DNA of 64,000 nt. It comes from the human T2T-CHM13v2.0 reference genome, Homo sapiens. Made by a program: the position numbers and the translations under genes. Shown piece by piece: positions 52,851-64,000 of the stretch (position 1 is its first letter; each line of letters begins with the position of its first letter). Below the pieces are notes generated by a model. It saw only the letters and a program-made list of their open reading frames with translations, did not search any database and was not told the DNA's origin. The stretch lies in assembly GCF_009914755.1 (NCBI RefSeq), contig NC_060930.1; one strand, 5' to 3'.

Positions 52851-54560
52851 AAATAAGTTTCACAGAAGAAAAAACAGCAATATGGTCCAAACTGGTTTAA
52901 CATTCAAAATTTACAGTGTGTCACAGTCTTTGATGTCCTGGATGGTTTCAGGGATTGCAGGGCTTACATTCTAGGATGACCTTACCATGGGCCATCTGAT
53001 TTTTCCTCATGCCCATCCTCAGACCCGGAAAATTAGGGTGGGCTTACCTCAGAGACTAAGCTGTGTTCTTTTCAATGCATCTCATTGGGATGAATTATGT
53101 CACCACGTTGACCCGTTCCACCACAGGTGATGTTAACTTGGTTTGGTGTCTGCCAGGTTTCTCTTGCTTAAATTCACAGTTTCCCCCTTTTGTAACTGTA
53201 TGTGGAAGTAATTTGTATTTGGAAGTGTTCTGGGATTATGCAGATATCCTAGCCCTCATCAACTCCCCCACCCTACAGCCTTGGTGTCTATTCACCACTC
53301 CTGTGTGAATCAACCACATCTGTAGTGGTTTCCAAATGGTGGTTCCTCACTTCTTTTAAATGTATTATTTGGCATTTGACTGTAAGGAAGAGCTTTACTT
53401 GTTCATTTATTTATTTCTTTGTTTGTATCAGTATAAACTCACAGATTTCTATTTTATTTAATGTACCGTGGTCTATTCTTATTATTTTGATGCTTATATT
53501 TTTCCCTATGTAGCCAGTAGGAGCCCTGCCAGCTGATTTCCGTGTTCTTTTGGTGTATCCTGATTCTTCATTGAGAATTCTTACTTTTTGATGCAAAAAG
53601 ATATTCTAGGCTCATTTTATCCTGACCTAGCCCTGAGTCATTTCTCCAAAAGTTTCATAAACAAGGTTTAGGTCCTGGTAGTGCTCATTGCTACCAGTGT
53701 GTCATTGCTCTGGGCCCTCTCAGAAGATAGAGGTAGGAATACAAACATGTATATATACACACATGTTCCTACCCCCTCCACACACTTCTCTATTTCTATA
53801 CTTGGAAAATGTATTATAAAACTGAATTTATGTGGATACTTTTGTCTATTGGTCAAAGCCACTACCCAATGACCACACGTTATAACACCCCCATCACCTC
53901 AAGGATTCTCATAGTTTTCTCTCTAGTTTCGTCAGGGTTGACCTTGGGGTTGGGACCAGCAGCTCACTTGTCCAGGACTGTAATATTCTGATTATCGTTT
54001 TGATATTAATTTATAGCTAAACTGAAATGTAGTTAGAAACTATATGTTGCATGGTTTCAACCATTTTTTGGGAAAATTTTTTGGTGTATTTTAAAATAAT
54101 ATGTTTTCTATAATTTTTGGTTTTAGCATTTTTTGAACATTATTAGGTCAAGTTTGCTGATTATGTTTTCAAATATTCCATATCTCTACTGACTTTTTAT
54201 GTATTCACTTTTTCAGTTACTGAGAGCTTTGTTGAAAATATAATGATTTTGGATTTGTCTATTTTTCTTTCAGTTTGGTTAACTTTTGTTTTATATTAGA
54301 TGCCTACAAATTTAGAATTTTATAACTTCCTCTTGAATCTAACCTTCTATTATCATTAAATTTCTATCTTTATGACTGCTTTTTACCTTAAAGTCTACTT
54401 TTGTTTCTAATATCAATACAACTATCCAAGTTTTTTTGAGGGGGGAGCAGAGTGTTTGTGTGATATATCTTTCTCCATATTTTTACTTACAAACCATCTG
54501 TATTCTTTTATTTTAGATATTTCTTGCAAACAGCACATCCTTCAAAAAAAATTCAGTCAG

Positions 54561-54863
54561 GGCCAAATGCAGTGGGTCATGCCTGTAATCCTAGCACTTC
54601 GGGATGTCAAGCAGGAGGATCACTTGAGGTCAAGAGTTCGAGACCAGCCTGGCCAACATGGCAAAACCCCATCTCTACTAAAAATACAAAAATTAGCTGG
54701 ATGTGGTGGCACATGCCTGTAATCTCAGCTACTCAGGAGGCTGAGACACGAGAATCTCTTGAAGCCAGAAGGTGGAGGTTACAGTGAGCCAAGATTGTGC
54801 TACTGCACTCCAACCTAGGTGACAGAGTGAGACTCTGTCTTAAAAACAAACAAACAAACAAAA
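54561..54863 (+). mobile_element. Alu (S/J-like)
   Basis: Canonical dimer, (AAAC)n tail. Confidence 0.93.
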
Positions 54864-55705
54864 ACCGTCAGACAATCTTTGCCTTTGAATTGTAACACTT
54901 AGTGCATTTATATCTAACTACCAATATATTTGGGTTTAAATCTACCATCTCATCATGTGCTTTCTATTTGTCTCGTCTGTTCTATGTTTCTTTTTATCTT
55001 TTCCATTGCTTGTTTTTGGATTGATTATCTTTTATTATTCCATCTCCTCCCTCTAGTTACATACCCTTTTACTAGGTTTGAGGTACCCTATAAATTACAG
55101 CATGTGTTTTAAATTTATCAGAGTCTAGTATGTATTATCCTGTTGTTGGAAAATGCAATAATTTTTTAAACTATAACTTCATTTGCTGTCTGTTCAGGTT
55201 TATATACTATCATTTTTTGTGTGTTTTACTTCTTTGTACATTTAAGACCTAACGGGGTGTTGTTATTATTGTTTTATACATTTAGTATTTATTCGTATTT
55301 ATCTACATATTTATCGACATATTTACCATTTTTTTTGTTCATTCCTTCTTGCATCGCAAAGCTTCCATCCGGGTCCCTTTTTATCTAGTGAAGGCTTTCA
55401 AGTAACAGGTTGTTTGTACAAATGTGGCTTTGTTTTACTGTTATCCTTGAATTATATTTTCCTCAAATATCCTTCATGGTACTTGATTCTAGGTTGTCAG
55501 TTTCTTTCAGCACTTAAAAAGTATCTCATTGTCTGTTGGTTTCTGTTTTTTTTTTTTTTTCTGTCGAGAAGTCAGTTATCATTTCTAATTGTTATTCTTT
55601 TGAAGACAATTAATCTTTATTCTTTTGCTACATTTACATTTTTCATTTTTGGTTTTCAGCTATTTTATCATGATGTACTTGATGTGGAACACTTTTTAAT
55701 TAAGT

Positions 55706-55864
55706 TTTTTTTTTTTATTTTAGAAATGAGGTCTTACTCTGTCACCCAGGCTGCAGTGCACTGGATCATAGCTCACTGCATCCTCGAACTCCTGAACTCA
55801 AGCAATCCTCCTGCTTCAGACTACCAAGTAGCTGGGATTACAGGTGGAGCCACTGCATCTGGCT
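55706..55864 (-). mobile_element. Alu monomer (FRAM/FAM-like)
   Basis: T-tract, GGTCTTACTCTGTCACCCAGGCTG...GCTGGGATTACAGG. Confidence 0.8.
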
Positions 55865-56004
55865 GGTGTGAATTTTTTAAAATAATTTATCTGTTTGGGG
55901 TCCTTAAGACATTTTGAATCACTGGTTTAATGCCACTATCTCTTCAATTATTGCTTCTTTTCCAATTACACACATATTAGACCTTCTCATTTTTTTGAGC
56001 TCTA

Positions 56005-56519
56005 ATTTTATTTTATTTTTCCCCAGCTTTATTGAGGAATGATTGATGAAAACTGTATGTATTTATTGTGTATGATGCAATGTTTTGATGTAGGTACACA
56101 TTATAAAATTATTTACCCCAATCAAGCTAATTAACATATTCATCACTTCACATGGTTACCTTTTTTGTGGTGAGAGCATTTAAGATCTACTCTTAGCAAA
56201 TGCCAAGAAGACAATATAATATTATTAACTATACTCACCATGCTGTACATTAGGCCTCCAGAACTTACTCATCTTGCATAACTGAAATTTTGTACATTTT
56301 GACCAACATGGTCACCCCATTCCCTTCCACAGAAGCCCCTGCCAAACACCATTCTACTGTCTGCTTCTATGAGTTCGACCTCATAGAGGTCACATATAAA
56401 TGAGAACATGATGTATTTGACTCATTTCACTTAGCGCAATGTCCTCCTGGTTCAACCATGTTGTCACAAATGGCAGGATTCTCTTCCCTTTTAAGGCAGT
56501 ATAATATTCCATTATATAT

Positions 56520-56563
<44 letters not shown>

Positions 56564-57700
56564 ACAGGCACACCACATTTTCTTTACCAATTCATCTCTT
56601 GGTAGACACTTAGATAGGTTCCATATCTTGGCTATTGTGATTGATGCTGCAATAAACTTGAGAGTATTTTGAGAGGCTTATTTTATTTCCTTTGGATATA
56701 TACCCAGAAGTGAAATTGCTGGATCATATGTTACTTCTATTTTTATTTTTTGAGCAACCTCCATACTGCTTTCCATAACAGCTGTACAAATTTACATGTC
56801 CACTAACAGTGTACAAGGGTTCCCTTTTCTTCAAATATTTGCCAACACTTGTTATATTTTGTCTTTTTGATAGTAGCCATTCTATCCAAATAAGGTGTAA
56901 GGCAATATCTCATTGTGGCTTTGATTTGCATTTCTCTAATGATTAGTGATGTTAAGCATTTTTTCATACACCTGTTGGCCATTTTGGATGTCATCTTTTG
57001 AGAAATGTCTATTCAGTTCCTTTGCCTATGTTTAAATTGAGTTGTTTGTTTTCTTGATCTTGAGTTCTTTGAGTTTGTTACATATTTTGGATATTAACCC
57101 CTTACCAGATGTATGGTTTGCAAATATTGTCTCCCATTCTGTAGGTTGTTCATATACTTTATGTTTCCGTTGTTGTGCAGAAGCTTTTTAGTTTGATGCA
57201 ATCCTATTTGTCTCTTTTTGCTTTTGTTCCCTGGGCTTTTGGAGTCATATCCAAAAAATTATTGCCCAGAACAATGTCAAGGATGATTTTTCTTATGTTT
57301 TCTTCTAGTAGATTTACTGTTTCAGGTCTCATGTTTAAGTCTTTAATCCCTTTTGAGTTGATTCTTGTAGATAGTGTGAGATAAGGGTCCAATTTCTTTC
57401 TTCTGCATGTGGATATACAATTTCCTTACTACAATTTATTTAAGTTATTTATTTATTTAATCCCATTGTGTGCTCTTGGCAACTTTGTTGAAGATCAACT
57501 GACAGTAAATGATTTGATTTATTTCTGGACTATCTACTCTGTTCCACTGGTTTATGTTTCTATTTTTATGCCAGTTCCATACTGTTTTGATTACTATGGT
57601 TTTGTAGTATATTTTGCAATCAGGTAGTGTGGTGCCTCTAGCTTTGTTTTTCTTGCTCAAGATTGCTTTGTCTATTCTGGGTCTTTTGTGGTTCCTTTTC
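56005..57700 (-). mobile_element. L1MA-type LINE 3' portion (ORF2 C-terminus + 3'UTR), with an internal (CA)n at 56520-56557
   Basis: Minus-strand ORFs show L1 ORF2 motifs ([44 protein letters not shown]; MDPYLTLSTRINSKGIKDLNMRPETVNLLEENI). Confidence 0.9.
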
Positions 57701-57899
57701 ACTGTGTCTTGTGTCTTCTATATGTCTTACCCTCTGTTTCATATTTCCCATCCTTTTGTTTTACCATGTCTCATTCTGAATATGTTCTTTTGTCATTTGT
57801 CTAACTTTCATGAATTTTCTCTTTATTTATGTCTATACCATTGTTAAACCGTTTCATTTATGTTCCGGAAGACAATTGTAGAAGAATTTCTAAATTCCT

Positions 57900-59930
57900 C
57901 TGTGTATTTTTTTAAAAAATAACCTGTTTATTTTTGAACAGTTTTATTTTAGATTTACAGAAAAATCATGAAGATAAGATACAGAATTCCCATGCATCCC
58001 ACACTTAGTTTCCCCTGTTGTTACTATATTATATTAATATGGTATATTCTTATAATCAGTAAATCTCGTACTTATTCAGATTTCCTGTGTTTTCACTTGT
58101 GTTATTTTCCTGCTCCAGAATTCTTCCAAGATACCACATTATATTTACTTGTCTCTTGAGGATCCTTTTGGCTGTGGCTGTTTCTCAGACTCTGTGTTTG
58201 ATGACCTTGGAGTTTTGAGGAGTACTAGTCAGCTATTTTGTATTAAGTCCTTCAATGGACATTTGTCATACATTTTTATCATAACTAGACTGTGATTATG
58301 TGTTTTTGGAAAGAAGACTGTGGAGGTTAAGTGCCATTCTCATCACATATCAAGAGAATGCTATCATTATGACTGCTATGAACTGAATGTCCCTTCCAAA
58401 ATTCATATATTGAAGCCCAACCCCTAATGTGATAGTATTTGGAGATAATTCCTTTGGAAGATAACTAGAGGGTGAGGTCTTTATGATGGGATTAGTACCC
58501 TTATAAGGTCCCAGATAAGAAGAGACACCAGAGAGCTTGCTGTCTCTCCCTGTGCACACAAAAAGAAGAGGTCACGTGAGCCTACTATGAGACAGCAGCT
58601 GCACCTCAAAACCAAACCTATCTTGCTGCTACCTTAATCTTGGACTTTGCATCTGGAGGATTGTGAGAAATAAATTTTTGTTGTTTAAGCTACCCATTCT
58701 ATGGTATTTTGTTATTGCAGCCTGAATTGACTAAGAAATGGCTTATCACTGTTCATGTTAAACTTGATCACCTGCCCCAGGTAGTGTTTGCTAGGTTTCT
58801 CCACTGTAAAGTTACTCTTTCTGGCCCCTCTCCATCCTGTATTCTTTGGAAGGAAGTCACTGTGCACAGCCCTCACTTATGGAGTAGGTGAGTTAAGCTC
58901 CATATCCTTGAGAATAACTACATAATTTTTGGGGAAATTCTTCTGCATAGGATATTTGTCTCTTATCCCTCATTTATTTATTCATTCAATCATTTATTTA
59001 TATCAGTGTGGACTCACTGGTATTTACTTTTATGATTTGAGTTATAATCCAATACTACTTTATTTATTTTATTGCTCAAATTGTTCCAGCTTTGACCAAT
59101 GGGAGCTCTTTCAGTTGGCTGTCATATTCCTTTAACATACCCTATAATTATGAACCTTTTTCTTTTATTGTGGCACTTCTTTGTTTTCTGGCATGACAGA
59201 ATTCTCTATATTCATCATATATATTTTCTACCCCAGGCCTAAAATCAGCTATTTTTCTAAGGAGCTCTCTTTCGTTTTATCGGAAAATGGTATTAGAAAA
59301 CAGAATCTGGGCACTAAATGTGCTTGTTGCTGCTGAGGTATTGTTGCTTCTAGGCACTCTCAGCTGACTAAGCAAGGAAATACGTTAAATATATATGTGT
59401 ATATACACATTTCCATCAGTAGCTTGCTATGTAACCGTCTATATCTGTATTAAGTTAAACAAGAGTTCATATGGATGTCTCCAACTCTAACCCATCACAC
59501 ACATTCTAGTCCCCTCCCCTTGCCTCACTGCTGTGTAACCTCCCACTCCAATAGTGGGAAATCTGGCTCCTGCCACCTGCCAGCCATTTACTTAATTGTT
59601 CAGTTACAGTACATGTGTATAGTGATTTCAGAATCATTAACCTGTTCCACTATGGGAAACAACTTTTTGGCTGAGTAAAGTGCTTCCGTGCAGTTCCTCT
59701 TGCCTTTAGTCTTATAGACTCCACTTAGTTCAAAGTCACTTCGGTCAGCACCTTTTCCCCTCACCCCCTTCAGTGAGGTTGTTTCGTACACTTGTAAGAT
59801 AATTAGACTCTTTTGTCATATTCTGCATTCTGTTTTGGGATTCTTTGACCTCCTAAATGATTTTTAAAAATTTGCATACGTTAAGGTTCATTCTTGGTGC
59901 TATAAAGTTCTATGTGTTTTGACAGATGCA
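57900..59930 (-). mobile_element. Old L1MC/MD 3' region, interrupted by a MaLR LTR
   Basis: TTTTAGATTTACAGAAAAAT...; TTCTCAGACT..TTTGATGACCTTG..GTTTTGAGGAGTACT; boundaries approximate. Confidence 0.65.
58374..58737 (+). mobile_element. MLT1A-like MaLR LTR
   Basis: TGCTATGAACTGAATGTCCC...AAATAAATTTTTGTTGTTTAAGCTACCC...GACTAAGA. Confidence 0.8.
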
Positions 59931-60049
59931 AATTGGAATTGACTGACTTTGTACAGCTTCAGAATCCTTGAGAAAGGAAAACAACCTCAGCATAGCCGAC
60001 TCTGCTCTCTAGGCACACTTGGAAAGCCTGGAAGCCCCCATGAAGCATT

Positions 60050-60370
60050 TAAAGCAGTTCTGCCCCCATGGAAATAGAATACGAACCATATATGTAATTT
60101 TACATTTTCTAGTAGCCATAAAGTGAAAAGTAAAAAAGATACAGGTGAGATTAATTCCAATAATGTATTTGATTTAACCCAATATATCAAAACTATTATT
60201 TCGATATGTAATAAATATAAAGACTTATTAATAAGTCCTGTTACCTTTTTGGTACTAAGTTTTCAAGACCAGTATGTATTTTACACTTCTGGCATATGGC
60301 AGTTTGGAATAGCCACATTTCAAGACTTCATTAGACACATGGTGGCTAGTGGCTACCATACTGGATAGTT
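60050..60370. mobile_element. MER33-like hAT-Charlie remnant
   Basis: TAATTTTACATTTTCTAGTAGCCA...CACATGGTGGCTAGTGGCTACCATACTGGATAG. Confidence 0.75.
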
Positions 60371-61193
60371 TAAGACTTAAAAATACCCTTCTATTCAGGA
60401 GTTTTCTTTCAGATTGTGCTAAAAATGAGGCCCATAATTTAATTTTAAGGAACCACAGCTAGCAGAATGAATGCATAGACTTGATCAGTCTCTTATGTCC
60501 AAGTTAGGTTAGTAGTAGCCTAAGAGTAGTACCCTAACATCTGAGATAAAGACATTTGGGTGGATGAGCCCAATAATATTTACCATGAGATTACCCTGAA
60601 CTCCCCAGGCCAGCAGAAGGATATCCCTTGCCCATGCCAGATGAGAACAGTGTTCCTTAAAAAACCTTGAAACCCTGCAAAACTCTCACCCAATGCAAGT
60701 GTACTACACGATGATGTTTATTCTCAACCTTTAGATGACTGTGGCTCAGCATTTCCCATCATCTCATTGCAGGTTGCTGAGCCCCTACCTTGCAGGCAGC
60801 CCTCTCATTTGTAGAGATGAGAGCCTGAAGGTTCCCACATTCACCTTTTCTAGTTATTTTACCTGCTGAATGACCTAATTATCAGTTTTCAGGAAATTTA
60901 TTAAATTTGGAAACTCTTCTTTCTTTGCTTCAATGGAAGATGGTTTGACTTGATCATTTTATTTTACACCTAGAAGGTTTAAAAGTGGCATTTACAAAGT
61001 GGCTATTTGTCATTAGAGACTGAAAGCTTCACCTGCCCATCAAGACCCCATGGCCACACAAAGGAAAGAGCAACCAATTCTCCTGACAGAGCCTGTTTGG
61101 TGTCATCTTTCCTGCTCTTAAGGTTTTCTGTGAATTTTTAAAAAATAGGTTCAACTGATTCATCCTTTTGAATTATATCCTTTTATATATTAT

Positions 61194-61198
61194 ATGTG

Positions 61199-61238
<40 letters not shown>
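61194..61238. repeat. (TG)n microsatellite
   Basis: Directly visible. Confidence 0.95.
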
Positions 61239-61241
<3 letters not shown>

Positions 61242-62696
61242 TTCCCAACTATAATTCTGAAAAATGCCATTTTAGACCCTATGCTGCTGAAACACTGAGA
61301 TAACCCTTATTCTGAGATTAGCCTGGCCACAAATGCCAACAATTATTTTGTGAAGCTGGAAAGAAAGCTTGGCTTGCATTGAGGCAGCCACCACAAGGGC
61401 GTTCTGGCTCTAGCCCTGTCCCTGGTGTGAGGCTGGGTTGAGTAAAATCTTTACAAAAACTTTTTGGATAAATTTCCTTTCTTTCCAGAGGCTCCTGGTA
61501 ATAAACTTTTGGAAGTTAATCTGTCTAGCCCTGAAAATGACAGGAAATTCAACCACACCGATCACAATCAATGAATTCCTGATCATTATGAATCATTCAT
61601 TAACACAAAATGGAAATGATCACACTGTGGGTCACAGCTTGGAGTCAGACAGCCCAATGTGGGATTGAGTTTTGGCTTCCTCCCTAAATTTATTGGCTAT
61701 GAAACATGGTCCAATTATATACTGTCTCTAGGCATTAGGTTCCTTACCTCTAAAGAGGGCATAAAGATATTACCGAATGGGGGTTGTTGAGAAAGTGTGA
61801 TGTTGTATTGAAAGAGCTGATGGTAGGTGGCATGTATTGTACATGGAACTGAGAAGACAGTAAGCCTTCTCTCTACCCTCAGCCTTCAATTTTTAGACCA
61901 CCGTGGTCTCCTCACTCAGGCGAACATTGTTGCAACACTTTTGGTCTCTCAGCTGCTCAATTCCCTGCTGGTTCCTCGGAGCTTGGTATTTTCAAGTCAC
62001 TTCTCCCAAGCGGGTCAGGTCACTATGCAACTGGTGAGTTCTTAGGCTGGGTGATGGTCTTCTTTGTGTTTCCAGGCGCCTCCTGAGGTTGGCCTATATT
62101 GGACCTGTGGAAAACTTGCTGTGTACATGAACTTGGAACCCACTCTGCAATCTGCTCATCTCTCTCTGTCTTTCTCTAGAGACAGGTGGTTGCAGTATGT
62201 TAACCCCAAGATGTATTTGGAGTGTGAAGAGGGAGACACACTTAGACTTCAGGCTTAAGCCACCCCTCTTCCTAATCCAGGTTTTATTAGCAGTTTACTA
62301 TGAGGTGCTGAGTATTTGTCTGGATTGATGAAGCTCTTCTTTGTCTCCTATTCAGTGTATTGTGCACGTGTGTCCTCTGCTTTTCAAAACCTTGGGCAAA
62401 GGGAGAGGTGACCAGCACCCCACACCCCTGATACACACAGTCACTATTCAATGTCACATAGTCACACATTGTTCAAAGCATTTGATGTGTATGTGTGTGT
62501 GTGAAACATGTAACCCTGGGTGAACCCGAACTTCAAAGTGTTTTGGGGGAGTGCTGAATAAGAAACTTGAATGAGCTTGAAGCAGTCAAATCAGGACTGG
62601 GCAGTTGTTGAGGCACTATTTCAAAATGAATAACGCAGACTTTGAGAAACAGATTGCTATGAGACTATGGTGTGATTATCTTGCTGGGGTTAGAGG

Positions 62697-63160
62697 GTAT
62701 TATGGGTTGAATTGTGTCTCTTCAAAAAGATATGCTGAAGTCCTAAGCCCCAGTACCTCAGAATGTGACCTTATTAGGAAATTGAGTCTTTACAAAGGAG
62801 GTCATCTTAAAGTGAGGTTATTAGGTGGGTCCTGATCCAATATGACTGGTGCTTCTAAGAAGGGGAAGTTTGGACACAGAGACAGGCATGCACAGAGGGA
62901 AGATGGATTGAAGACACCCATGTGAACAATGGAGTTGGGATTGGAGTGATGTGTTCTACACCAAGAAATGCCAAAGACTTCTGACAAGCCTCTAGAATCT
63001 AGCACAGGGGCCGGGAATAGATTCTCCCCCCACAACCCTCAGAAGGAACCAACCCTGCCAACACCTTGACCTTGAACTTCTAGCATCCAGCATTGTGAGA
63101 TAATGCATTTCTATTTTTAAAGTCACCCAGTTTGTGGCACTTTATTATAGCAGCTGAAGC
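62697..63160 (+). mobile_element. MLT1C/D-like MaLR LTR
   Basis: TATGGGTTGAATTGTGTCTC...CCTCAGAATGTGACCTTA...CAGAAGGAACCAACCCTGCCAACACCTTG. Confidence 0.8.
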
Positions 63161-63776
63161 ACACACATACAGATGACACCATGGAGGGCTGGGGTGGGGC
63201 TTCCTTAAAAGGAGTGAAATTTTTAGGAGGTATTCGTCTTAGAGCAGAAAGTGGGTGGGCCTTAGGCTGAGCTAAAAGAAGGCCTTTCTGCCTTCTCTGT
63301 GGCCAGAGGTCCACTGGGCTGAGACTTCGAGGCTGGGGGAAGCCTGAAGTACCCCCACTGGTGATAGAGCCCCGTAAGCTTTTCTGACCATGGGAAGGCA
63401 GGCTGTGGCCAGGCAGGGCTTTGAACAGCTGTGGATGGGGGCAGCAGTTGTATGTTGTTTGCTGTGTTGTATTTCCTTTCTATTCTTCATGAACCTTCAG
63501 GAAAGTCTCACTACCAGTTTACAGCCCTGCATCAGCTGTGTTGAGAAGAATGAGGTTCCACTTTTGGGGTAAGTAGACAAGAGGTCAACAGAAGGAAACA
63601 GAAGAGACACAAGGACAGGGCTGTGCTGGGGCCACCCCAGGCATAGCCAGCCCCAGGTGGCATTTGAACGGAAAAGTCCAAGGGGCACATTCCTGGCCCA
63701 TTGGAGGTGGACAATTGGGAAGTGCTCAGGAATATCTGGAGAACTTGAGAGTAGTGAAGTGGGTAATTCACAGGAA

Positions 63777-63969
63777 TTTCCTTCCTTCCTTCCGTCCTTC
63801 CTTCCTTCCTTCTTTCTTTCTCTTTCTTCCGTCTTTCTTTTTTCTTTCTTTCTTTCCTTTCTTTCTCTTTCTTTATTCTTTCTTTCTCTTTCTTCTTTCT
63901 TTCTTTCTTTTCTTTTTCTTTCTTTCTCTCTCTCTCTCCCTTCCTTTCTTTCTCTCTCTTTCTTCTTTC

Positions 63970-64000
<31 letters not shown>
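63777..64000. repeat. (TTCC)n/(TTTC)n polypyrimidine compound microsatellite, runs off the window end
   Basis: Directly visible. Confidence 0.95.

Noticed and set aside
56803-57702. ORFs resembling a reverse-transcriptase-associated protein
   Set aside because: Fragmented C-terminus of ORF2 from a dead L1M element

Overview
This is human/primate genomic DNA, not microbial. It contains the complete 3-exon neuritin gene NRN1 (CPG15) on the minus strand: CDS 47625-47571, 43376-43232 and 40073-39845, 142 aa, all GT-AG junctions. From memory this is human 6p25.1. The gene sits in a ~16-kb CpG-rich, almost transposon-free domain. A full-length, disabled processed pseudogene of pyruvate kinase PKM (M2 splice form, 13191-15496, + strand) is inserted into an old L1 with a visible target-site duplication. 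The rest is intergenic sequence rich in Alu, L1, LTR/MaLR, MER and MIR repeats and microsatellites. Nearly all entries in the ORF track are repeat- or GC-derived noise. I found no evidence for a new multi-gene biological system. The items worth a second look are small. They are two NRN1 uORFs, a candidate cassette or alternative exon in intron 1, a triple HIF/bHLH-PAS motif cluster upstream, 3'UTR elements, and mutational fossils. The fossils include a 40-bp dispersed duplication with a micro-inversion, a fold-back insertion in the pseudogene, an internally deleted Alu and a micro 3'-transduction. Repeat subfamily names and boundaries were judged by eye and are approximate.
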